From contig CAYUTG010000001.1 of assembly GCA_964447555.1 (NCBI GenBank), positions 1 to 55,779 of the forward strand: a DNA stretch of 55,779 bases, in the 5' to 3' direction. Source of the stretch: an uncultured Marinobacter sp. GTDB lineage: Bacteria; Pseudomonadota; Gammaproteobacteria; Pseudomonadales; Oleiphilaceae. The position numbers and the translations under genes were made by a program. The notes beneath the pieces are model-generated. The model had not been told where the DNA came from and made no database searches. It worked only from the letters and a program-made list of their open reading frames with translations. This document shows, in pieces, positions 37,379-48,443 of the stretch (position 1 is the first letter of the stretch; each line of letters begins with the position of its first letter).

Positions 37379-39952
37379 TTATTCCGGCCTGAAGCACACC
37401 AGCCGCTGAGAGACAATGTCGCCGGTCATTTGCAACGGGTGTCCGGTCAGATCGTAAACACGGATAGCCGAGTCTGCTGTTTGCGACTGTGCAGCAACGG
37501 TGAGCTGATCCGGCTGATAAAGGCACTGATCGCTCTCCGGAAAAAGCGCCACATAGGCAATCCCCGTTTCCACCAGGTCCTGAAAAAAATGGGAGCCGTA
37601 GGACAGGTCCGGCACCATATCGCCCGCCATTTCGGCCACCTCAACCAGAGCGGAAACACCCGAAATATCTGCAAACCTGACAGGTACGCCAAGCTCCGGA
37701 CTACTGGTGCCCCACCGTCCGGGCCCGACAAGCAGAATGCGCCGGTCTTTCCCCGCAGTACGGACAATGTGCCCGATGCGTCTGGCAAGATCGTATCGCT
37801 GGCTGATGGTCAGGCCAGAGTAAATGCCGGCATCAACATGAACAACCATATCCAGTGACAGGTTAATGTTGCCCCCCATGAAGTGGCCCTGAGTCTGGAA
37901 AACAATCCGATCCACCGGCAGGTTGTCTGGAATCGGCACCGGGCTGGTTTCACCCAGTGTTGCCAGGGGACGGCATTGCACAAGGTTGAAGGAGGGGTCG
38001 CCTGAGCTTGAGAAGTGCAGGGTGAACTCCACATCAACCGGGTGTTGATAGGCAGATTCCAGGGTTTTCAGCAGGCCAGACAACCGCTCAACAAAGGCCG
38101 TTTTGTGAACCAGCGGTTTGAAAGTTAGCCGCCAGATTGGCCCGGGAATGCCAAGTTGTGCGGCTTTATCGCTGGCGCTCCGGTCTATTTCCGCCAGATA
38201 CGGCATGGGCAGTTCGGGAACCTGCGAACTCATCTGGCTTAAAGGGCAGGTTGTCAGTGCACCCTCGCGTAAATCAAGCAGATCAACCAGTTGCTGTGAG
38301 AACTGAAAGGTTTCACCCTGGTTTCCGAAGGGCTGGCGCATTGGGTGGTCCAGGGCCATAACACGGGCATGATCGCCTTCAATACGGTCCACAGCCCGGG
38401 TGCCAAGCCCCATTACCAGCCGGACCATACCCGCCTCAGGGTGCATGTCTGTGTCCCATGCAAAGGTGTTTCGTGATACCCCCACACCGGCCGCGTCCGG
38501 CAGATAGTACCGGCCATGAAAGCGGCCATTCACCCGTTGAATCAGCAGGGCCATAGGCTCTTCACGCTGGTCCAGGCCCCGCTGCTGCCGGTATACCAGT
38601 GCATCGTCACTCATGGATGAGGCATACACGGTTCGGATAGCACTCTCCAGGGCAGCCAGCCGCTCATCAGGCCGGCCCTGATTCACCAGAAACACACTGT
38701 CGTACTTTCCCGCAAATGCGTTGCCAAAGCTGTCTTCCTGCAAACTGCTGGAACGGACCAGAATGGGGTACTGCCCGTAGTGATCCAGTAGTCGCTCCAG
38801 CTCTGACCGTATTTCAGCAGGAAAAGTGCCGGCCAGAATAGCTTCCCGCAGGGCCGGTGCTTCGGCCAGATAACCCTCTGGAGAACGCTGCCGCATAATG
38901 GCCGGCCATAGCCCGTTGTGCACCAGGAACGCGTAGTAAGCATCGGTGCCCAGATAGCTTGAGTCGTGAAGCTCAAGATGGCGCTGCCAGATGTCAGGGG
39001 CCTCGTTTAGCAGTATGCGCCGGGCAATCAGCATTCCGGCTGCCTTGCCACCCACATAGCCACTGCCCACCATACGGCCCCGGATGGCCAGAAGGTCTTC
39101 CAGGTTCAGGTAACGCCCGGCGAGTGCCAGCATGCGGGGGTCACGGCTGATCAGTACCTGCAGAACGCGGTCGTGAATATCGTTAATGGCTTCCTGATCG
39201 TCGTCTTCCAGAGCCCGGCTGGCTTGCAGGAACAGGCGGTCCCAGTAATCCAGAAGGGGCTGGTTGTGCAGGCGTTTCAGCTCTATCTCTGCCTGTAACC
39301 GGGTCGCATCGCTGCTGTCCGTTACCGGAATAAAGCGTCCGTCTTGTTCTCTGTGAGGCAGGAACATGGTGGGCGAGTGTCGCTTCCAGGCCTTGATCGG
39401 GTGAATCTGAACGTCGTCTCCATGCCGGTAGACATCAATCATGACCTGAGTGGTTTCCCGGATGCGGTCCAGCGTAACGCGGGAATGATGCTCCGGGTGC
39501 AGGGCAAACAACGCCACTGTGTCCAGTTTGAACAATAGCGGGCATACCACCCGGAAAAAGTTGCCGACCATGGCATCGGTTGCCCAGGCGTTCAGCAAGT
39601 CGCTCAGGCAGTCGCACACATAAAACGCACCGGGGCCATGCTGCTCGATAAGTTGCCAGACCTGGCTGGTAAAGGCTTCGAACCCGCCCAGTGCGTCTAT
39701 GCGGATAATGTGAACGTGGGCGTTGTCGGGAACTAACGGAGGGTGTTGGCCAAAGCGGAGATAAATAATCTGCCGTCCGGAGCGGGCGGCAGATTCAACA
39801 AAAGGCGTGACGAAACGGCGATAGTCTTCAAGCTCGCGAACGCGCCAGACAACGTTATCGCCAATCCGGAGATTATCCAGAATGTCGTCGAGCCCGGTCA
39901 GTCCTGTAGAGACTGTGTCTCCGGGCTGAGACGTTCTGTCACGGGGCGTCAT
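37379..39952 (-). CDS. PPDK N-terminal-type (ATP-grasp) domain protein with a degenerate KaiC/RecA-like N-terminus
   Basis: VSTGLTGLDDIL N-terminus; GGKAAGM, VRSSSLQEDSFGNAFAGKY, PVDVEF, VQCRP; C-terminal GPGRWG and SYGSHFFQ. Confidence 0.82.
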   Translation of the reverse strand: MTPRDRTSQPGDTVSTGLTGLDDILDNLRIGDNVVWRVRELEDYRRFVTPFVESAARSGRQIIYLRFGQHPPLVPDNAHVHIIRIDALGGFEAFTSQVWQLIEQHGPGAFYVCDCLSDLLNAWATDAMVGNFFRVVCPLLFKLDTVALFALHPEHHSRVTLDRIRETTQVMIDVYRHGDDVQIHPIKAWKRHSPTMFLPHREQDGRFIPVTDSSDATRLQAEIELKRLHNQPLLDYWDRLFLQASRALEDDDQEAINDIHDRVLQVLISRDPRMLALAGRYLNLEDLLAIRGRMVGSGYVGGKAAGMLIARRILLNEAPDIWQRHLELHDSSYLGTDAYYAFLVHNGLWPAIMRQRSPEGYLAEAPALREAILAGTFPAEIRSELERLLDHYGQYPILVRSSSLQEDSFGNAFAGKYDSVFLVNQGRPDERLAALESAIRTVYASSMSDDALVYRQQRGLDQREEPMALLIQRVNGRFHGRYYLPDAAGVGVSRNTFAWDTDMHPEAGMVRLVMGLGTRAVDRIEGDHARVMALDHPMRQPFGNQGETFQFSQQLVDLLDLREGALTTCPLSQMSSQVPELPMPYLAEIDRSASDKAAQLGIPGPIWRLTFKPLVHKTAFVERLSGLLKTLESAYQHPVDVEFTLHFSSSGDPSFNLVQCRPLATLGETSPVPIPDNLPVDRIVFQTQGHFMGGNINLSLDMVVHVDAGIYSGLTISQRYDLARRIGHIVRTAGKDRRILLVGPGRWGTSSPELGVPVRFADISGVSALVEVAEMAGDMVPDLSYGSHFFQDLVETGIAYVALFPESDQCLYQPDQLTVAAQSQTADSAIRVYDLTGHPLQMTGDIVSQRLVCFRPE

Positions 39953-39961
39953 TGCCCGGCT

Positions 39962-41437
<1,476 letters not shown>

Positions 41438-41554
41438 TTAATGTGTGTCTGGGGATCAGCGGTGAGTGGATCTGAGTGAATGTCATGTCATAGTGAGCTT
41501 GTGAAGCGTTCGGGGAGTAAAACAGACAATGGCAAAGTATATCAGGAGCGCAAC

Positions 41555-42220
41555 GTGTTAAGGGTACATGGCCTGAGCAAGCGGTTTCAGACAGCCACCG
41601 AAACCGTCACGGTATTATCCGGGCTGTCATTCTCACTTCCGCCGGGGCAGTCGCTGGCGCTGATGGGCCGTTCCGGTTCCGGAAAAAGCACCTTGCTGAA
41701 CATGCTGTGTGGTCTGGAAGCACCGGATTCCGGTGATATTACAGTTGCGGGTGAGCGGTTTTCAGGTGCTGAACCGGCCAGAGGCAGGGCACAACGCTGG
41801 ACCGCTTTGCGCCAGAAAAAAATCGGCGTGGTGTTTCAGGATGCCAACCTGATGCCGGCCTTGTCACTGCTGGACAATGTGCGCCTGCGGGCGAACCTGG
41901 CGGGTCAGTCACAAAGTGATTGCGCGCACTGGCTGGAGCAGCTCGGTATTGGCGGGTTAGCCCACCGCTACCCGGACCAGGTGTCCGGCGGCCAGCGCCA
42001 GCGGGCGGCGCTGGCCATGGTGTTTGCCATGAAGCCGGCCCTGATTCTGGCCGATGAACCCACCGGCAGCCTGGACCGTCACACCGCGGATGCCGTGGCC
42101 GATGCGCTGTTCCGCCTGCAGTCTGACAGCGGTTGCGCTCTGGTTCTGGCTACTCACGATGCTGAACTGGCGGCCCGGTGTGGCCAACGTCTGGATCTGG
42201 CCCACACGGAAAGTGTGTAG
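41555..42220 (+). CDS. ABC transporter ATP-binding protein (LolD/AttE-like)
   Basis: [29 protein letters not shown] 41555 follows a CAGGAG RBS. Confidence 0.9.
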   Translation: MLRVHGLSKRFQTATETVTVLSGLSFSLPPGQSLALMGRSGSGKSTLLNMLCGLEAPDSGDITVAGERFSGAEPARGRAQRWTALRQKKIGVVFQDANLMPALSLLDNVRLRANLAGQSQSDCAHWLEQLGIGGLAHRYPDQVSGGQRQRAALAMVFAMKPALILADEPTGSLDRHTADAVADALFRLQSDSGCALVLATHDAELAARCGQRLDLAHTESV

Positions 42221-42226
42221 CACGCT

Positions 42227-44536
42227 ATGACTCTGTTCCCCGCGCTGTTCAGCTACTACCGCCGCCATCCGCTGCAACTGCTGGCGCTGGCCGTGATGAT
42301 TATGGTGGCGGCCATGTTGTGGACCAGCATCAGCTATCTTACCAGCCAGGCCAGAGCCAGCCTTGGCCAGAGTGAACAGATGGTGACCAGCCATCAACAG
42401 GTGGAAAGAATAGATGGCCAGGCCTTAACCGTGGCGGATTTTGCCCGGTTGCGGCGGGCAGGGCTGTGCGTTATGCCCTGGTATGAGGTGAGCCGCCCGG
42501 CTCCGGCTGGCCGGCTGGTGGGTATAGACCCACTGGCCGCCGCCTGCTTCGCGACTGAGGGGGGTGAAGCAGGAAAATGGGATCAGCCGCTGGATGGCAA
42601 ACCTTTTCTGGATATCAGTAAAGCCGTGGCGCTGGCGGAGAACCAGCCAGAGTCTGTCAGCAGTACTCAGTTGTCGTTACTGCTGTCTGAATCTTCCGGT
42701 CAGTTGCCCTTGCCGCCCGGGTACCGCAAAACCGTATTTGCGGCCGGGCCGGATACCGGCGAGCTGGGTGAGAGCTTTCTGCTGAATCTGGATGCTCTGG
42801 GCATTCTGGTATTACTGATTACCGCCTTGTTGCTGCGCAGTGTCTATCAGCTTGGTATGGCGCAACGGCGCGATAGCTTTGCGTTGTTACTCAGATTTGG
42901 CGTACCCCAGGCTGTGATCAACCGCCTGCTGGTCGTGGAAATCGTGTTATTGGCGGCGCTTTGTGTGGTTCCGGGCGTCTGGTTTGGGCGGTTGCTGGCG
43001 GCCAGCATTGGCAGCGGCTTTAGCGATGCTCTCGATAACCTGTTCGATATTCCGCTGTACGCTGGCCAGGGGGAAAGCTGGCTGGTGCCGGTGCTCACCA
43101 TGATGGCCGTTGTGGTTGCAGTCTGTTCCGTGGATTTACTTCGGTCACCACGCCGTGCTCTGTACGCCTCGGCACATCGTTATCGTATCTTGTTCGCATG
43201 CCTGATGTTGTTGATCGGGCTGGTTCTGGCAGTTGTTTCAGTTTCGTTATGGCAAATCTACAATGCCGTGGCTCTGGTGTTTATCGGGGCCGGGGTGCTG
43301 GCACCGGGGTTGATTGCAGGGATAAGCCGGTGGGTGGCGGTGCACCGGGTCGAGAACCCGCTGCCGCGGTGGCGTTACCGGGAGTTGGGTGTGCTGGCGC
43401 GGCGGCTGGCGTTACCACTGGTGGCGTTGCAGTTTGCTCTGGCCATGGTGCTGGCTGTTCAGGCATTGGTCACCGTGTTTGAAGCCACCTTTGACGAGTG
43501 GCTGGGCCAGCGCCTGTCGGCGGATTATTTTATCAAGGTGCCGGCCGGGGCCTCAGCCGATCTCGCCGCTGAGTGGTTGCAATCACAACCTGCGCTTGAG
43601 CAAACTGGCCAGTGGCACCGGGTTATTCGTGGCAGGGCCAGGGTGAGTGCCGCAGGCGCAGGGCAGGCAGAGCAGGCTGTCGACCTGTTGGCGCTGGCGC
43701 CCATCGACTTCCTGCTGACAGACTGGCATCTGCAGAGCGCCACCAATGAACCCTGGGCGGCCGTGGCCGAAGGCCAGGGTCTGATGATCAATGAACAGCA
43801 GGCCCGCCGGCAGAATCTGTCGGTCGGTGACACCCTTACAGTAACGGTCGCTGGCAAGGCCTTCACCTTACCGATCGTGGCTATTTATGCCGATTACGGC
43901 CGCCCTGCAGGGGAAGTGTTGCTGCACGCCAGTGTATTGCCCAAAGCCTTTAGGCCAGCCTCTGTCAGTCTTTCGATCAATCCGGGCAGCCTTGGTATAG
44001 AGGCGGTCAAAGCCGGCCTGCAACAGCTCTGGTCGCAATCCCGGCAGGTGCCTCACCTGTCTGTGCAGGACAATCGCCGGGCGCGGGCACTGGCCGATGC
44101 GGTGTTTGACAACACCTTCATGCTCACCCGGGCGATGACCTTTATAACGCTGATACTGGCCGCTGTGTCGCTGCTGATTATGGGCTGGGTGTTTTTCACG
44201 ACCCGTGCCTGGTATTTCCGGTTGCTGCTGGTGTGGGGGCTAGGGCGCAGGCAAGTGGCCGAACAACTGGCGAGGCTGGCCGTTGTCCTCACCGCCGGCA
44301 TTGCTTTGCTGGCACTGCCACTTGGTATCTGGCTGTCATGGGTGCTGGTGCACAGGATTAATCCGCTGGCCTTTGGCTGGTCTCTGCCAATGGAGGTTTA
44401 TCCGGCCTTCTGGCTGGAACTGGGGGTGCTAAGCCTGTTGATCGGGCTGAGTATTGCCTTGCTGATGAGTGTTCAGCTCCGGCATCCGGTGGTTATGCCG
44501 GCTTCTGCGAATCAGGTCTCGGGAGGGGAACGATGA
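42227..44536 (+). CDS. FtsX/MacB-like ABC permease (AttF/G-like)
   Basis: YYRRHPLQ, duplicated FtsX-type TM blocks, YADYG, INPLAFGW. Confidence 0.85.
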   Translation: MTLFPALFSYYRRHPLQLLALAVMIMVAAMLWTSISYLTSQARASLGQSEQMVTSHQQVERIDGQALTVADFARLRRAGLCVMPWYEVSRPAPAGRLVGIDPLAAACFATEGGEAGKWDQPLDGKPFLDISKAVALAENQPESVSSTQLSLLLSESSGQLPLPPGYRKTVFAAGPDTGELGESFLLNLDALGILVLLITALLLRSVYQLGMAQRRDSFALLLRFGVPQAVINRLLVVEIVLLAALCVVPGVWFGRLLAASIGSGFSDALDNLFDIPLYAGQGESWLVPVLTMMAVVVAVCSVDLLRSPRRALYASAHRYRILFACLMLLIGLVLAVVSVSLWQIYNAVALVFIGAGVLAPGLIAGISRWVAVHRVENPLPRWRYRELGVLARRLALPLVALQFALAMVLAVQALVTVFEATFDEWLGQRLSADYFIKVPAGASADLAAEWLQSQPALEQTGQWHRVIRGRARVSAAGAGQAEQAVDLLALAPIDFLLTDWHLQSATNEPWAAVAEGQGLMINEQQARRQNLSVGDTLTVTVAGKAFTLPIVAIYADYGRPAGEVLLHASVLPKAFRPASVSLSINPGSLGIEAVKAGLQQLWSQSRQVPHLSVQDNRRARALADAVFDNTFMLTRAMTFITLILAAVSLLIMGWVFFTTRAWYFRLLLVWGLGRRQVAEQLARLAVVLTAGIALLALPLGIWLSWVLVHRINPLAFGWSLPMEVYPAFWLELGVLSLLIGLSIALLMSVQLRHPVVMPASANQVSGGER

Positions 44537-45636
44537 GATTTCGGTTAGCGTTGCTGCCTCTTCTTCTGGCTGGTTGTCTGGTGTTTACCGCCGGTTGCTC
44601 AGACTCACCGGATGAAACCGGCTTTGCCGGGCTGGCTGCCAGTCAGTCAGAATCACAAAGCGTGCTCTACCTTCAGCCTGGCCCCGGCGACCGGTTGAAG
44701 TTCCCGGCCGATATGGGCCCGCACCCACAGTACCGCATTGAATGGTGGTATCTGACTGCGAACCTGACAACCGCCGATGGCCAGCCGCTCGATGTGCAGT
44801 GGACCCAGTTTCGTCAGGCGCTCCAGCCCAGACCGGCTGATGTGCCTCCTCCTGCAGCATCCGCCTGGCCGCTTCAGGCGGTATGGATGGCTCAGGGAGC
44901 CGTGAGCTGGAACGGACGCCATCAATTTGCTGAGAAACTGGCCCGTGGCAACGTCGGCGCAGCCGGTGCCACCGCGCAACCATTCCGTGTCTGGCTGGAT
45001 AACTGGCAGCTTGGTCAGCAGCCAAAAACTTCTTCGGGTCAGGACCTGTGGCGTTTACAGGTAACCGCAGATGACTGGGCTTATGATCTGTCGCTGACCA
45101 TCAAGGGTAGGCCGGTTGCCCACGGCGACCATGGTTTCAGTGCCAAATCGGCCAGCGGTGAAGGCTCCATGTACTTTAGCCTGGTGGATATTGCTATAGA
45201 AGGACAGGTCACCGTGCAGGGTGAAACCCTGAACGTGAGGGGCAAAGGCTGGTTCGACCGGGAGTGGAGTAGCCAGTTCCTGAAGAAGGGCCAGCAAGGC
45301 TGGGACTGGTTCGCACTGCATCTCGATTCGGGCGATAAAATCATGGCGTTCCGGTTGCGGGAAAATGACGGGGTGTTTCAGTCTGGCACCTGGATTCCCC
45401 TAATGGGGGAGCCGGTAGCTCTGGCAGGTGAGGATTTCACGCTGACACCGCTGGCTGATGGCGAGGGCATTCCCACACGCTGGCGTTTACAGGTACCGGC
45501 TTACGGTATCGACGTTCATGTATCTGCGCCAGCAGGGGATTACTGGAATAACGGACTTTACCCCTACTGGGAAAGCCCGGTTTCAGTGTCTGGCAGCCAT
45601 TCCGGCGTGGGGTATATGGAGCTGACCGGGCATTAA
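44533..45636 (+). CDS. Lipocalin-like / CrtC-like lipoprotein (AttH-like)
   Basis: Lipobox-like Cys; HPQYRIEWWY, WFDREWSS, GWDWF, YWE, GYMELTG. Confidence 0.85.
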   Translation: MRFRLALLPLLLAGCLVFTAGCSDSPDETGFAGLAASQSESQSVLYLQPGPGDRLKFPADMGPHPQYRIEWWYLTANLTTADGQPLDVQWTQFRQALQPRPADVPPPAASAWPLQAVWMAQGAVSWNGRHQFAEKLARGNVGAAGATAQPFRVWLDNWQLGQQPKTSSGQDLWRLQVTADDWAYDLSLTIKGRPVAHGDHGFSAKSASGEGSMYFSLVDIAIEGQVTVQGETLNVRGKGWFDREWSSQFLKKGQQGWDWFALHLDSGDKIMAFRLRENDGVFQSGTWIPLMGEPVALAGEDFTLTPLADGEGIPTRWRLQVPAYGIDVHVSAPAGDYWNNGLYPYWESPVSVSGSHSGVGYMELTGH

Positions 45637-45656
45637 CAGCCGTATCGGTAAACCGG

Positions 45657-46580
45657 CTACCAGCTAAGCTGGCTGTCCTTGCTGGTATCAGACCGGACAT
45701 CAATCACGGTTTCATGATTGCCACTCTGTGATTCAATCAGTTCTCTGAGCTGTACTTCATGCTCATGCAGCGGTTCGGACATATCCACAATAATCTCAAC
45801 CCGGCGATTTTTTGCCCGGTTTTCATCCGAATCGTTGGCTACCCGGGGCTGGGTGTCTGCCAGCCCTTTTACCGCGAGCCGCCCCGGATCGACTTCTTTT
45901 GTGGCCAGCAGCGCATTGGCTACCGCAGCCGCCCGGGCCGCAGACAGATCCCAGTTACTGGAAAAGCGGTCTGTGTGTATGGGGATATTATCGGTATGGC
46001 CTTCAATGGTGAGCTTGCCGGGAATGTGGCTTAGCACGTTTGCCATCTCAAGTAACAGGCCTTCAAATTCCCAGGTAAGCTGCGCTGAGCCGGAAGGGAA
46101 TGAACCCTTTTCCTCAACCCGGATAACAATCCGACGCTCGTCATCGTCCTGGCTTACATTCACTCGTCCGTCTTTGATGGCCTTGTCCAGCACCGAACGA
46201 ATCTGTTCCGTGCTGTCGTTCAGGGTTGCCTGTGCGGCCGCTTCGGCTTCCGCCTCGGCGGTACCTCTGAGGGTCTCCAGTTCCGGCTGCTGATCAGAGG
46301 TGGTCTGCTGAACCTCATTCACCAGGGTGGGTTCCGGTGGTGCCGGTGAAAATTTATCGAACACCGGGCTGGTGCCCATGGGAATCTCCAGAGCAGGCAC
46401 TTCTCGCTGCACACCAAACGCCTGGGACAATTCGCCGGCTATTTGCTTGAACTTCTGAGCGTCTATTTCCGAGAAGGACAATAGCAGCACAAAAAAGCAC
46501 ATCAGCAGCGACATAAGGTCCGCAAAGGTGACAACCCAGGCGGGGATGCCCGGTTTTTCTTCTTCGGGTAGTTCTTCCAT
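45657..46580 (-). CDS. pomB: Flagellar stator B subunit, PomB/MotB
   Basis: WVVTFADLMSLLMCFFVLLLSFS TM, plug, OmpA-like domain (GHTD, NWDLSAARA, NRRVEI). Confidence 0.9.
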   Translation of the reverse strand: MEELPEEEKPGIPAWVVTFADLMSLLMCFFVLLLSFSEIDAQKFKQIAGELSQAFGVQREVPALEIPMGTSPVFDKFSPAPPEPTLVNEVQQTTSDQQPELETLRGTAEAEAEAAAQATLNDSTEQIRSVLDKAIKDGRVNVSQDDDERRIVIRVEEKGSFPSGSAQLTWEFEGLLLEMANVLSHIPGKLTIEGHTDNIPIHTDRFSSNWDLSAARAAAVANALLATKEVDPGRLAVKGLADTQPRVANDSDENRAKNRRVEIIVDMSEPLHEHEVQLRELIESQSGNHETVIDVRSDTSKDSQLSW

Positions 46581-46583
46581 CGC

Positions 46584-47360
46584 TTATGCGTCCGCCGTTT
46601 CCGACGCGCCATTCTTGCTGCGCTGTTTTGGGGTCAGGTAGCTGGATAGCAGTTGCTCAATAACCCGCGGGTTGGTGCCTTCCTGAATGGCCACCAGAGC
46701 GTCTATGTATAAAGACTGCATGCGGGCTTCCTCGGTCATCCGCAGTGACAGTTTGTCGGCAATGGGAGAGGCAATCATGGTAGCCATCATGGCACCGTAC
46801 AGGGTGGTCAGCAGGGCGACCGCCATGGCCGGCCCGATAGACTTCGGATCTTCCATGTTAGACAGCATCTGCACCAGGCCAATCAGCGTACCGATCATAC
46901 CCATGGCCGGGCCGACATCGGCCATGGCGGTGAACACCTTGGCACCGGAGCGGTTGTGGTCCAGTGTCATCAGCCGCTCTTTGTTCAGCAACTGCTTGAT
47001 GGTGTCACCGTTCTGGCCATCGACCAGCATCTGAATGCCCTGGCCGAGGAAGGGCGACGCCACCTCCCGGCCCTCCAGCCCCAGCACACCCTCCTTGCGG
47101 GCTATCTGGGCAACCTCTACCAACTCTTCAATAGCAGACGGAGTTTCCGGAAGTTTGAATTTAAAGGCGCGGGCTGCCGCACTGAAGGCACCAAAAAACT
47201 GAGCCAGGCTGAACTTGGCCAGCACCACCAGCAAGCTTCCGGCGATAACAATGAGCAAAGACGGGCCGTTGATAAATACATCGGGCGATGCGCCAAGAAT
47301 AACGGCAGAGGCAATCAGAACAAGGGCACCGGCAAGGCCAATCAGAGTGGCTAAATCCAC
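46584..47360 (-). CDS. pomA: Flagellar stator A subunit, PomA/MotA
   Basis: MDLATLIG, ARKEG.L.LE, GPAMGMIGTLIGLVQML, AVALLTTLYGA (Vibrio PomA-like). Confidence 0.92.
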   Translation of the reverse strand: MDLATLIGLAGALVLIASAVILGASPDVFINGPSLLIVIAGSLLVVLAKFSLAQFFGAFSAAARAFKFKLPETPSAIEELVEVAQIARKEGVLGLEGREVASPFLGQGIQMLVDGQNGDTIKQLLNKERLMTLDHNRSGAKVFTAMADVGPAMGMIGTLIGLVQMLSNMEDPKSIGPAMAVALLTTLYGAMMATMIASPIADKLSLRMTEEARMQSLYIDALVAIQEGTNPRVIEQLLSSYLTPKQRSKNGASETADA

Positions 47361-47427
47361 GTTATCTCCGAATTTTTAACGACAGTAAACCAGGGGGGCA
47401 AAAGATACCCCATCGATTTTTAACCGA

Positions 47428-47847
47428 TCAATTGGTTTGTGTGACTGAATTGTATTCTTCTGTGTATTCTTTCCATGCAGCATAGCGGTGAAGATCGGAT
47501 TCAACCAGCTTCAGGCACAAGGCTACAACGCCGGCATCATCCAGAAAGCCAATGCCAAGAATCAGATCCGGAATAACATCCAGTGGGTTCAATACATAAA
47601 TCAGGGCGCCGGCAATGGCAGCAATGCTTTTCCAGGGCACATCCCGGTAATTACCCTGCCAGTAATCGCGGACCATGGAAAACATCAGTTTAACGTCTGC
47701 ACTGAAACGTTTGAGCTTGCCGCTGCCTTTCACTTTGGCTTCAATAGCCTGCTGGCGTTCCAGCAGGGCTTCAAGGTCGTCACGGTGGATTTTCTCTGAT
47801 TCGCTCTTAAGCTGTTTCCTGGCCACCTGTGTCTTAAACCATGACAT
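47428..47847 (-). CDS. YkvA family (DUF1232) membrane protein
   Basis: YVLNPLDVIPD...GFLDD motif. Confidence 0.88.
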   Translation of the reverse strand: MSWFKTQVARKQLKSESEKIHRDDLEALLERQQAIEAKVKGSGKLKRFSADVKLMFSMVRDYWQGNYRDVPWKSIAAIAGALIYVLNPLDVIPDLILGIGFLDDAGVVALCLKLVESDLHRYAAWKEYTEEYNSVTQTN

Positions 47848-47893
47848 GTGCTATTCCTTTTTCGACCAGCCCGTTGGGAGCTGGCTCACATTG

Positions 47894-48391
47894 TTACCAT
47901 CGGGCTTTGTCCCACATTTCCGGATTAGCCCAGTCGGCGGGATTGTTCCAGGCTCTGACGTGATTGTACGTGTCCAGGTTGTAGGTGTAGACAGTGACTG
48001 GTCTGTTCTGAGCCTGAACTCTGGCATGCTTCTGAAACCCCAGGCCAATAAAGTCTGTGAATGCCCAGTCGCGGTTTTCACTCAGTGCGACTGCAATCCG
48101 GTGTGTACCATAGTTCCGCAACTGGCCCAGAAACAGCATTGCCTCATCATGAGGCATAAACTCGAGGGTGTCTGAAATCAGGGCAAGGTCATACACGGCA
48201 TCCAGCGGCATTGCAGACCCTGGCGATGCGGCATCAAGGGTGTGCAATCTGGTCTGGCTGTGCAGTCTTTGCCAGATACGGGCTGCGCTGCAGGCGTATT
48301 TGCCGCAGCAGAGAATGGAGTCTGGTTGTGTGGCATCTATAATGCCGGCAAGTACCCCTTGCACCGGGGCAATTGAGTTAGTCTCACTCAT
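47894..48391 (-). CDS. Conserved hypothetical protein (DUF6231-like)
   Basis: LGQLRN, and C-terminal YNLDTYN...WNN...WANPEMWDKARW. Confidence 0.7.
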   Translation of the reverse strand: MSETNSIAPVQGVLAGIIDATQPDSILCCGKYACSAARIWQRLHSQTRLHTLDAASPGSAMPLDAVYDLALISDTLEFMPHDEAMLFLGQLRNYGTHRIAVALSENRDWAFTDFIGLGFQKHARVQAQNRPVTVYTYNLDTYNHVRAWNNPADWANPEMWDKARW

Positions 48392-48443
48392 AGCGTTTTC
48401 AACCTCATCGGTTGCTCTACATTATAGCGCAGTCTAAGCACGG

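Noticed and set aside
36013-37409. Long overlapping ORFs 36013..36804 (-) and 36708..37409 (+)
   Set aside because: They are shadow or alternate frames of the MBL and CbiM-like genes, with no recognisable motifs.
41495-41525. TTGTGAA upstream of the ABC operon as a third site of the msrAB regulator
   Set aside because: It lacks the upstream GACG half-site and the 10-nt spacing to a -10 hexamer seen at the other two sites.
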